NCBI RefSeq assembly: GCF_037042905.1
Contig: NC_087252.1
Location: forward strand, 21,640,001-21,704,000
Source: Lytechinus pictus
Taxonomy: Eukaryota
Length of the DNA: 64,000 nucleotides
Reading direction: 5' to 3'
Shown here piece by piece: positions 53,301 through 64,000 of the stretch (positions are counted from its first letter, which is position 1; every line of letters starts with the position of its first letter). The notes beneath the pieces are model-generated. The model was not told where the DNA came from and made no database searches. It worked only from the letters and a program-made list of their open reading frames with translations. Made by a program: the position numbers and the translations under genes.

Positions 53301-55657
53301 GTATGAGGTGCGTTAGCTCGCAGACTATAATCGTGGCGGGGGAGGCGTCGCGTCCGCAAATTCCCATGGTTACCGAGGTGCGCGGCAGCTGTCATATTTA
53401 TTACGAATTAATTTTGAGTGGCATGTGCGTTGGTGTGCGAAACCTTTGTGCGGAGGAGAGGGGAGAGAGAGTGTTGGATTGTGGGGTTATCTAATAATGC
53501 ACGTCTTTGTGGTCTGGTGATTATTTCCTTCATTCCGTCTTTTTGTTTGGGTTGGGATCTTGGAGAGAAAGTGTTTGTGGTGGGAGGTGTCGATATTCAC
53601 GACAATGGCATGAAAATGTATTCTGTCTATAAACCAAGGAGTTACTCTGGAGAGTGTAAATGATTTATTAAAATGTCAGGTTGATTTTAATAGCATGATA
53701 TTGAAAATGAAGGAAAATAAGATATCTTTCATTATCCTGCTTAATGAACAATATTTACTTGTACACTCCTTACAATTTGATTCCTTCTTTGTAATGAAGA
53801 TATATTTATTGCTAAGAGTTCCTTTATCTATCTCTATCTCACTTTCTCTCTCTCTCTTTATCCCTCTCTCCCTTTTGTCTGTCCATCTGTCACTCTCATT
53901 ATTTCTTATGTGCCAGTAATACAAATGCTTGAAATCGACATTCATGCTGTCATTTTTCACAATGTCAAAACATAGGGGCTTTATTCACCGTTTGCTTATA
54001 TATGCAAGTTATGACCTTCTAATTATTGAGAATTTATGATAATGACGTTCTTTCCTCACACATCAAATCTGCCAATGAAATGAATATTTGGCCTGTAAAT
54101 GCATGCATGTTACTTTCTCCTCAGTGTAACAAGGGCATTGCCTGTTTTTCTGTACATGTGCACAACTGCTAATGAAATGTTACTTTCTCCTTTGTGCAAA
54201 AAGGGCGTTACTCGATGTTGGTCCATACAAGTAAACGCCCCTTCTAGGCTTTTGGTACATACTAAAAATATCCCATTCCAGCCAAAACATTTTCTTTGGG
54301 GTTTCCTTGGCTCGATAGATTACTGTCACCGTGTTGTCTTGTAGTGGGGTAACTGAATTCTGATCTGTTTTCTCGCCTAGGTGTGTTTTCAGAAGTTCTC
54401 TCAAAGAATTCCAGCTCCATTTTGGTGCTTTGATTCGCCAAGAATCATGGGAAGGGGGTTTAACTTGACGGACATTGACAGCATTTTTGGTTCTTGTTCT
54501 TTTTCTTGAAATCGTGATATTCATTATTTTATTTCAATATCTTCGAATGTCCTTTCATTATGCATGGGTGGAACTGATGATTAATTTTTACTTTCTTTAT
54601 TTCGCTTACATTTACAAGATTTCTGTTGTTTCTTGAAAAAGAGATTAATTTCTCCTGTCTTTACTCTATCTCTCTCTCTTTTCTTGTTGACCCCCCCCCC
54701 CTTCATCTTTCCCCCTTTACCTATTTTCCTTTTTATCTGTAAAAGCTATCACCTGTTTAAATCAGCCACCGCTCTTCCCCTCTCCCGCCCAATTGAAACC
54801 CATCCATACTCGATTCCAATCTAGACTTTGGCAACGCCATCTTCACCCCGCCCGGCTAGCACAACTCAAAAGCTTCCCTCAACCTTAACTTATGTCGGCA
54901 AATTACCTTTAATCACAATTTTACACACCGCTTTCCCTTGCTAGTAATATGCAGCAAATTATTCCAGCCAATAACAGGTTAGAGGGGGTCAGCAGCACTT
55001 TCCCCTGGTATCTGAAATCTACCTTATGTATATTACACCCATCCTCGATTACACTCAGTTTGGTATGCATGTGGTAGTCTTAAAAATAATATTCCCATTT
55101 GTAAATCAATACATAACACCATGCTCTATATAGCTAATGCAAGATCAATGGATGAGTATAATTTTAAAGGTGATTTCTCTCGATGCAAGAGGGGGAGTGC
55201 ATGTTTTTTAAATACCTGCTCTCGATAAATGCATATGTTTAGCATGGCCTAACCGACTTGGCTTTGTGTTTGACCCATTTTTGTGGGATTGGAGGTTTAT
55301 TTTCAGCTACCGGTGAATGCATTGCATTTCAGTCAATACCATCTTGCTTATTAATTTCTGGCAGTTTTTTGTTGTTGTATTATTTGAAGCACATTTGTGA
55401 TCTGATTGCTTTATTTGTGTACAATTTGATAGGAATGTAATATTCTATCAATGTATTTTAACTGTCTGTGTCTAATGGACGCAATACAATCAGCTGTTGA
55501 TATTATGTTGCATTTAAATATTTAATATGCAATTACATTTTTTAATTGAAAGATTATCACATTTTTGACAATTTTCTTTTAAATGTTGCTTGCAATCCAT
55601 CATTGTTTCCATACATATTTTAATTATTTGTCTTTCTTTCTCTTTTATTATTTGCAG

Positions 55658-55681
55658 GTGGACTGAAAGTGAGAGAAGCAG
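55658..55681 (+). other. Candidate 24-nt microexon (host gene unknown)
   Basis: About 100-nt AG-free zone and a pyrimidine tract ending tttgcag|, exon gtggactgaaagtgagagaagcag, donor |gtatgg. Two of the three frames are open (GLKVREA or WTESERS). Confidence 0.4.
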
Positions 55682-55730
55682 GTATGGTACTTTATATTTT
55701 TTCATAGGATTATTAAGATTGCAATATATA

Positions 55731-55968
55731 GTATATTTCAAGTTCAGTGTTGACCTTTTGGTGTTGGTGTAAGGTAAATTTTTACACGATTATAACACCA
55801 AACATAAAATGAAGATGGTCCCGAAAAGTCACTCACTACATGTAGTTGTTGAGATGTCAATAATGTGATCTGGATCAGTTTACAAACTCTGAACAAGTTT
55901 TGGAGCAAGGGGAAGCAATCCAAATTTCAACACCAACACCAAGGCCAACACCGGACTTGAAATCACCC
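55731..55968. mobile_element. Diverged MITE
   Basis: atttcaagttcagtgttgacctt..ggtgttggtgt is inverted relative to acaccaacaccaaggccaacaccggacttgaaat. Confidence 0.75.
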
Positions 55969-58164
55969 AATATATGAACTTTCTCCACTATCTGAGGCAC
56001 ATTCGAACAAGATTTGGAAACGAAATGTTGCCATTAAATTACAGAAACTGAAAAAATGCAAATATAAGACTTGTCACATTCCGGCCTTATCAGATTGTAC
56101 GATATGCGGACCAAGATACGTTAGAGACGAGCGGGCCGTGACTCAGCGCGTACGAGAAGCGCAATCTCTGTCTTCAATCACGATTTAGCGCAAGGGATTA
56201 AAAGATGAGATGCTGTGAGAGAGTGTTTGGGGAAATTCCCGAGAGAATCTGAACTGGAGGTTTCAACTGAATTCTTGCAGTCTGTAAAAAAAATTCCTTG
56301 AAGTATTCGCACTTTATCATGGAATGCACGTTTCCTTTGAGATCTACCAGATTTGAATATATTCTTCATTGTTTATTTTCAATTCTACCCTTTAAAAAAT
56401 GTATCATGTTCTTCTGTTATTGAAACACGTGCATATACTGGTGGTGATAATTGCTATTGTATTTTCCATTAGTAATATGAATTGACAAAGAAAATACGTA
56501 AAAGAGCAATTTAGATTAAATTGCCTTGCTTCAATCCTTAAAAGTACCAAGATTGAACCGCTGACTTATTCTTCTCCTGCCCTTTTCAGTAAATCACTGG
56601 TCCGCGCCTGGGCCACCCCTGGTCCGTACCTAGTCCATTCTTGGTCTTAAATTTCTAATTTACTGAAATGGTTAGGCCTAAATAGTTTGGGTTATTTTAG
56701 CCACCTTGCAAAGACATCCAAGTGAGATATAATCTCTTCACTTTGGATGCAAAGTCCTGTTGAACTTCGAACACAAGAGGGCACTAGTCTACTTAACACC
56801 ATTAGGGCAGGAGAATAATTCATTAGGTGGGTTCATCTACGGTCGTTTTACTTCATGAAAGTAGGATGATGTAGCTTTAAAAAGATATACATTCTTCTTC
56901 TCCTTCATTCTCCTCCTCTTTTTCTTTCTTCCTGTTCTTTTTTTTTAAATCTGTTGTGCTATTTTCTGCATCCTATTTATATTTTACTGTCCCTAACTCT
57001 CTCTTGTTTCTTTCCCGTTTCCCTGTCCTGTTGTAATTAATAATAATAATAATACATATGATTTAAATAGGGTCTTTTCCATTTTGATTAATTGCTCAAG
57101 GTGCTTAGAAGAGAGCAAAACATAAAAGTAAAGAGAACTAAGAGAAGGGAATTCTCCTCCGTTAATTTTTCGTATTCTTTGTATTCTTTTCATCTCCCTT
57201 ATATTAATTTCCACTTCCTATTTTCTTCTTTCCACACTGTCTTTCTCTTTCTTCCTTTCCTTTCCCTTGTTTTATTTCTCACATTGTATTTAATACTTTA
57301 AATACCCATATCTCTCATCCTCCTGTTGGTCCCTTTTTTTTTTTGGGGGGGGGGGTATTTTTAATCTTTCTATTCCTTTTCTTTTCCTTTTGATTCTCTT
57401 TTCTACCCTCATTTTATTTTCCATGGGTTGTAATACATTAGCTGTATTGCTTCTCCTTCTTCGCTTCCTCATTTCTCCTCTTGTCCCCCCCCCCTTTGCT
57501 TAATTTTCCTTGGGTTATTACGCATTTGGCACATTGTTTTTCCTTCTCCTTTTTCTTTTTTGTTTCCCTCTTTCCCTTTCCCTTCCCCCTCCGTTTTTGT
57601 TTTATTTACTTATTTATTAATTCATCCATCCATCCATCCATCCATTTATTATTATTGTATATATATATTTCCTTTTTTAAGGTGGTGTGGGGGTTCTGTT
57701 GATACTGTTGTGACACATTATGGCCATTGCTTCTTCTTCTCCTCTTCTCTCTCTCTCTTTGCCTCCCCTGGTTTTATTTTTCGCTGGTTTGTGATACATT
57801 AGGCGCCTGTTTGTATTTTCACCTGTCTCTATCAATACCTTATCCTGCATTCTTACACAGATGTAACAAGAACCCGGTGGCGTGTGTTTCTTTTTTATCT
57901 TCGCCCGAGGATCTTTCTCAGATGCTTAAACATATAGGCACTGGCAAGGACCTCGTAGGGAGGAAACTGAAATGGGAGTTGTGAGATTGGGGGAGGGGGG
58001 GGGGGGGCTGGTAATAAGGGGTAATAAGGATAAGGAGGGGAAGAGAGAGGGGGTAGAAAAAAAGTGAGATAGAGAGAAAAGAAAGAGAGAGAGAAGATGA
58101 AAAAAGAGGAGAGAGAAGGGAGGAAAAAAGGAGGGAGATGAAACATTTACATATGGAGCCATAG

Positions 58165-58321
58165 ATACATAGATAGATAGATAGATAAGTGAGAAGGGAA
58201 GATAGAAATATAGATAGACAGACAGACGGATAGATAGATAAATAGATAGATGGATAAATATATAGATATATAGATAGATAGATACGTGAGAAGGGAAGAT
58301 AGAAATATAGACAGACAGACG

Positions 58322-58392
<71 letters not shown>

Positions 58393-58400
58393 GAATAGAC
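58165..58400. repeat. Compound (GATA)n microsatellite
   Basis: (agat)n runs with a duplicated spacer gtgagaagggaagatagaaatatag. Confidence 0.95.
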
Positions 58401-60278
58401 AAGGAAGGAGGGGAGATAGTTAGAGAGGGAAATTTGATTGGAGTGGGAAAAGAGAGAGAAAGTTGAAATATAAAGACAAAGAAACTGGTTTAAATAACAA
58501 AAATTGTGAAAAAGACTAAAGAAAACAGATGAAAAAGAAATTGAGGGAGGTAGAAATAGGTTGAACATCAAACAGGATGAAGAGATGGAATGAATTGTTT
58601 GGGGAATAGTGGATACTGATGAGTAAAAGAAAAATTGGATTGAAAGAGAAAGAAGAGGGGAGGGGGGTGGGGAAAGTGGGGTCACGAAGAGCCCCATTTT
58701 ATTTTGTTACTACGATAAATACTACCAAATAGAGATGGTGAAAACCTAATAGTCAAAATGGCCGGTGGATGTTTGCGTTAAAAGCTGTTGCGCTTAAAGA
58801 CTCCAGGAGTGCCAGATATTGAGAAGGGCTAACCTGGCAGAAAGATGACGGGGGGGGGGGGGGGGGATGGGAGGGTTGCTCAAGTATCTACCTTTATTAT
58901 GGTGTCCTTATTGGAGAATTTGTTCCTAGAAGATCGCCGTTGCTTGAGAACCTTTCAAAGCGAAACCGACGGATAATGCTTCCAGAGGCAGTCGATCGGG
59001 AAGATAGAATTTGATTTGGAGCCTTGGATTGTTTTTTGTAATTCTGGTCATATCAGAGGTAACTTAACATCGGACTTTGATATCGCAGCAGCTGTGAAAA
59101 TTTCCTCGCAAATCAAACAGAAAGTCAGGAGAACACTTCTTAGAAACTCCTCCTCCAGCCCTGAAAAAAGAAAACATTTCATAATACTTTAAAGAAAACT
59201 GTCAAGTACAATTGAATTTGAACTCAGATGTGTAAAGTAAATGTATGATAAACATACAAATGGATGTTAAAATTTTCAAGTGTTGAAGTTGCTTAATACA
59301 TCTAGCAACAATGAATTAATATGTAAAAAAATATATACAATTTGTTAATGCGAAGATACCTCTACCCCTTTAATAACATACAGCAAATGATCAATAGGAG
59401 CATATAAAAGACCCCCCCCCCAAAAAAAAGGTTGAAATGTTCACATGGATAAGAGATACTAAGGATTTTATTTATTATATCTAATTAGCGTTTCTTGCCA
59501 AATTGAATATCAATTTTGTTACAGCAATCTTTAAGGTTACTTGATCAGAAAAAAAAAAAAAGGAAGCAGTCTGATTTTGATAACCCCCCCTCCAAAAAAA
59601 AAATAGATACAACACAACTCTCTCTCTCTCTGTGACAACAATCTATGACCCGAATTAGCAAACGTGTGTCAAGTTGATGCAGTGGGTCTGGCGATGAAAG
59701 AGTCTGGGTTAGTATTTAGGTCAGGGGGTACAAAGGCACCCTTTGGCTCCAGGCCTGGCCTAATTCACAGGGGTCTATTTGCCCCCATTAGAGACCCAAG
59801 TAACATCTCCTCAGCCAGCTTGCAGTGCTTTAGAAAATAGAAAATCTGGTGATTTAAAGTTTGGGGCTGGTCGATTAACCAAGCGGATTATTTGATCTGG
59901 TAATTCAAACTATAAATCAGATGAATTACTTTGATTTAAGGTTTTGAAATTGGCGATTGTTGATACGATTAATTGGATTTTTTACGTTGAATATTGTAAA
60001 TCAAAATAATAGTTGATTAAAATTTTTAAGTGTTGAGGGCAGTTCAAGGCGATTTCCCATATGTAGGAGATAAACTAATAAATATGCATTCTTGATATGC
60101 AACATGCTATATTTGCCTTCTAGGCTGAATGATTTTCAAATGATTATCACTGCTTTTGATAAATGTCCCTGCTTGCTCAACGATAAAACACTTTTGGCGT
60201 TAATACATTAATAAAAATAATGAGCCTTTTTTTTTTTTAAAGATAAAAAAGCCCCAGTATTTTCATGATGTCTGTACT

Positions 60279-60419
60279 GGGCCCATTGCATAAAAGTTAC
60301 TATCCAATGGTAACTACCATGGTAACGATGATCAACGACCAATCAGGATCCAGGATTTAATGGGAGTTGTCTTTGCATGGCAAAGCTACCGTTACGATAA
60401 CTTTTATGCAACGGGGTCC
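60279..60419. mobile_element. Small Harbinger-like MITE
   Basis: gggcccattgcataaaagtta ... taacttttatgcaacggggtcc. Confidence 0.75.
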
Positions 60420-61217
60420 TGAAGACCTTTTAAGGCACTGATTACTGCATGGTCACTCATACTACCCTTGGTCAGACAATGGCCAATCTATCCCATTTAG
60501 GAGTACAATTGATACTTATTTTAACCACTTGAGCTGTTTTTGTGGTCTTATTAACAATTATATGATTCACCTGTTAAATATCACCTAATCCAATTTCTTT
60601 TCAAACAGTCCTACCAACCGAAAGATCCTTGGATAACTGAAGTCATACAACATTTTGTAAATGTTGTAGATTTGAAGATATTTTTCTTTCTCTTAACTGA
60701 AGCGCCATTGGTGTTTTTGGAGGGATGATTAGTCGATTCGTCCGGTAATCGCCGTCTGATCTTTCTCCGGATTCCCTTTTGTGTGTTACCAAGTGGGCTG
60801 GAAATGGAATGTGGGCCACGAATACCAATGTTTCACATTACAAGTTAAAGATGATAATTGTTAGGAAGTCAAGTAGTTGCGAGCTTTGTAGCTTTCTGAA
60901 ATTTGTTGGATTCCCAGAGTTAGTCTGAGTGATGTGGTTGCAGAGGAGAAGAATGTTTGATGTCATCACTAAGGGAATAGTAGCCCCTCCCATATCGGTG
61001 ATAAGAGTCATTATTCATATTGTTTGTTTTGTAAATGAATATCAAATATCGATTAGCAGGAATATTTGTTTTCGCTGTTGTATTCTGGGGTGAAAAAAAT
61101 ATAAATGCACAGAGATTTACAGTTGAGGCAGTGATTTATATTATGAAGGTTTCAGAAGAGGCGTGAGACAGAGGGAGAAAGAGAATTACAGAGACAGAGG
61201 GAGACAGAAATAAATAA

Positions 61218-61320
61218 TTGAATGAATGAATGAATGAATAAATGAATAAGTAAATAAATGAATAAATCAATCAATAAATAAATGAATGAATGAATGAATG
61301 AATGAATGAATAAATAAATA
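61218..61320. repeat. (GAAT/AAAT)n microsatellite
   Basis: Direct reading of the sequence. Confidence 0.9.
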
Positions 61321-61804
61321 TATAATGAAAGGATGAAAGAAATAAACAGAAATAGATAAAGAGAGAGAGAGAAAAAAAGAAAGAAAGAGAAAGGAAGATA
61401 GAGAGGAATATAGGAAGATAGAAAGGAAGGAAGAAAAAAAGAAGGAAAGAGGGAGAGATGTATAGAGAAGGAGTAGATAGAAGTTGGTCATAGGCTGTAA
61501 TGGAGGAGAGAGAAAGACAAAAACTTGAAAAATATATCTTTTAAATGACAATTTTAATTATTACATGCTGGCCTTTACAATATCACTATCTATAATCTCA
61601 TTTGTAGTGAGTTTGAACATGCCTATTAAGCAGCCCCTGCTGGCCACTTGAACATTTAATGAGGAAATTGGCCCAGCGGGATGGCCGCAGCTGGCCTTGC
61701 ATAATAGGCCCTCTGTGTTTACTGAAGACCCATTGGTCCCCTCCGGCAAGTCTATTGTTATACTGTCCAGTCTTTTTAGACCAGCTTGATTGACCAGTAG
61801 TTTG

Positions 61805-62430
61805 GAAAGGAGGGGGAGGGAGGGGAAGGGAGGGGATGATGAGAGGGGGAGGAGAGGGGGTCAGGAGGAAGAGGGTGGACATAGGGAGGAGGGAGGGGAG
61901 AGGGGAAATGAGAGGGGAGGGGGAAATTGGTGTATGGGGGGGGGAAGAAGGGCAAAGGAGCGGAAATAGAAATGGAAAGAGGGAGGGGTTGAAGGGGAGG
62001 GAGGGAGGGGAAGAAGAGGGGATCAGGTGGTGGAGAGTGGACATATAGGGAGGCAGAAGGGAAGGGGAGGGGAGGAGAGGGGATGGAGAATTAGGAGGTA
62101 AGGAGGGGAAGAAGAGGGGTCAAGTGGTGGAGAGAGGACATATAGGGAGAAGGGAGGGGAGGGGAAAATAAGAAGAGAGGGGAGAGCTAGGAGAGGAAAT
62201 AAAAAGGGAAAGTGGAGGGGGAAAGGAGAAGAGGGGGGGGGGGCAACAAGGGACTTTATAAAGGGGAAGGAAAGGGGGGGGGAGGAAGGGAGGGGAGAGA
62301 CAAGCAGAGGAAAATGATTGGGGTTGATGGGGTAAATGGGTGGAGATAGGAAAAGAGAGGGGATTGGATGGGTTGCTGGGTTGAGATGTATGTGGCAAGT
62401 ATAAGAGGTGAAGGGGGGGGGGGGGGGCAC
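61805..62430. repeat. G-rich polypurine low-complexity tract with diverged internal repeats
   Basis: A gaagagggg.tca.g...ggacata.ggag-type motif recurs at about 61855, 62010 and 62108, among many GGG runs. Confidence 0.8.
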
Positions 62431-64000
62431 AGAGAGGTAGTGCCCAGAATATGATAGTACATCTGACAAGGGAACATTGAATACTAAAATAAATAGGGCC
62501 ATTTGAGGCACTAGGCTGAGGGGCACAGAATGATTACAAAAAAAGTCACCATTCCTTGTCTTTTTTAAGCCTATTTTCACATTATCTTTGATAATTAGTG
62601 AAATGTCAATTTTATAACAATTCTTTACCATTTGAACTGCCACCATATGCCATAATACACCCAACATGTATTTTTTAATATCTCATATTTTGGGTACATA
62701 TTGCTGAATTTCTTACAGACACCATTAACAGGATAAACATGTCAGATTAACTTTCCCAAAGCTGCAAAAAACTAACATTTTTCTTATCGAGGCTCTCCGC
62801 CGTCATTTCGCCAAGTGGCAAACGGCGCCCCTTCACCAATCTCCCGTACAGTCCGCTAATAATGACTAATTATGTTTCAGCACCACGATGCCAGCTTTTC
62901 TCCTCATCAAGAGGACATCGTGCAAACAAAAAACGTGTCGTTATAAGTGTGTAAACATTGCTCAGGTTTACATCATGGGGAGTGTGATCTAATGAATATT
63001 GTTTCATTAATTAGTCTTAACAGCCAGACTCGCTAAACATTGAACAATTTACATTTATAATCATCTTTGAAAAAACAAATTGATGAGAGTTTATTTTCTG
63101 ACTTATCTGTGAAAAAAAAAATCATTTTGAAATTTCTAAATGTCAATAGAAAAGTTTTGATGATTTTATTTGTAAATTATTAACTCTTAATGTGCCATTC
63201 ACTGTTTTCAGCGAGTGCCATTTTTTTTCAGAGGCTATACTTAATTGTTTTATTCTTAAAGAAAAAGGGAATTACTCCTGAGACAACTCCAGTGGATGCA
63301 CAGATATGTGTTCATGGCACTTTAAGGGTTAAATGTCTGCAATATTATATTGTTACAAATGTTTATATACGGTATGTTCATATATAAGATTGTAAAGTCT
63401 TTTCAAAAGTGGTCTGTTTGTCGATACTTATTCAAATGTTTATCCAACATTATCAAGTTTATTTTATATTAATATTTTTAATCTCAGCTCCAACATATTT
63501 TCCAACAGTGTCAATATACAAGAACTAGTGGCATAATTTTGTTCAGCAATGTTATGTTTTTTTTCTGATTTTTGTTTCCACTTAATATACTATCACAACA
63601 ATCATGCAGTATATCCGTTGGATAATATTTCTGTGATAGTGCAAATAATACAGTTGTAGAGGTATACAAATATGATTGGGAATCAGCCCAGTTCAACCAA
63701 GTTGTATGAATGCTATTTTTTACTTCCCATGAATGACAATGAAAAGTGTCTAAACTCTTAGACTATCCCCCGACTTAGCATGCAGAACAAACAATCAAAA
63801 AACATTTTCTCTTTGCTCTCCAAAATGAGATTTTGAAAAATAGATGGTGTGATTCATATAAAAGCAAACAGACAACAATGTTGCATAATAATTTTGACTG
63901 AGGGCTACTTGTCTCGGCTCATATTGGCAAACAATGAGCGAGTGGTGAAACCGATACGCCGTCTTGTAAGTGAGCGTTCATGAAGACGATGTAATATTTC

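Noticed and set aside
52448..53460. Native CpG-island promoter, or the 109-aa ORF at 53066-53395
   Set aside because: Most of the CpG-rich stretch lies inside a TIR/TSD-bounded transposon. The ORF crosses the TIR and has no recognisable domain.
295..54390. Other AG|GT juxtapositions (about 305, 24478, 27546, 42782, 51546 and 54379 on +; about 11765 on -)
   Set aside because: Each has a weak pyrimidine tract or a weak regenerated donor, and such sites are expected by chance in pyrimidine-rich DNA.
57861..57980. Possible exon (cag|atgtaac...gagtt|gtgaga)
   Set aside because: The donor context is weak, the peptide is unrecognised, and the frame continuing the phase-1 microexon reading hits a stop.
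57918..58697. 259-aa and 158-aa ORFs with SIYL repeats
   Set aside because: (GATA)n microsatellite and GA-rich DNA read on the minus strand.
1..64000. Hox cluster segment or miR-10
   Set aside because: Hox-type binding motifs prompted a look, but I saw no homeobox ORF or miR-10 sequence.

Overview
AT-rich animal genomic DNA with no supportable protein-coding gene. The repeat complement (tRNA-derived CORE-like SINEs with L2-type tails, TTAA-flanked long-TIR MITEs, many GA/CT and poly-G tracts) looks most like an echinoderm, probably a sea urchin; this is an inference from memory, not a search result. The window reads as a large intron or gene desert. It holds about 20 DNA-transposon insertions recognisable from TIRs and TSDs, including a 6.1-kb non-autonomous piggyBac with a nested element, an 853-bp P-like element with perfect 31-bp TIRs and a 7-bp TSD, a 4-bp-TSD element and a 6-bp-TSD hAT-like element. 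It also holds several SINEs, an L2 LINE 3' end, and many micro- and minisatellites that produce nearly all the longest ORFs in the track. Short CpG-retaining unique islands between the repeats look like cis-regulatory modules. The most interesting non-repeat signals are splicing-related: a candidate recursive splice site with a 60-nt stop-containing RS-exon (2315-2374, +) and a candidate 24-nt frame-preserving microexon (55658-55681, +). There is also a convergent pair of CTCF-like motifs. Family names come from end and TSD rules and recalled consensus motifs; no database search was run.
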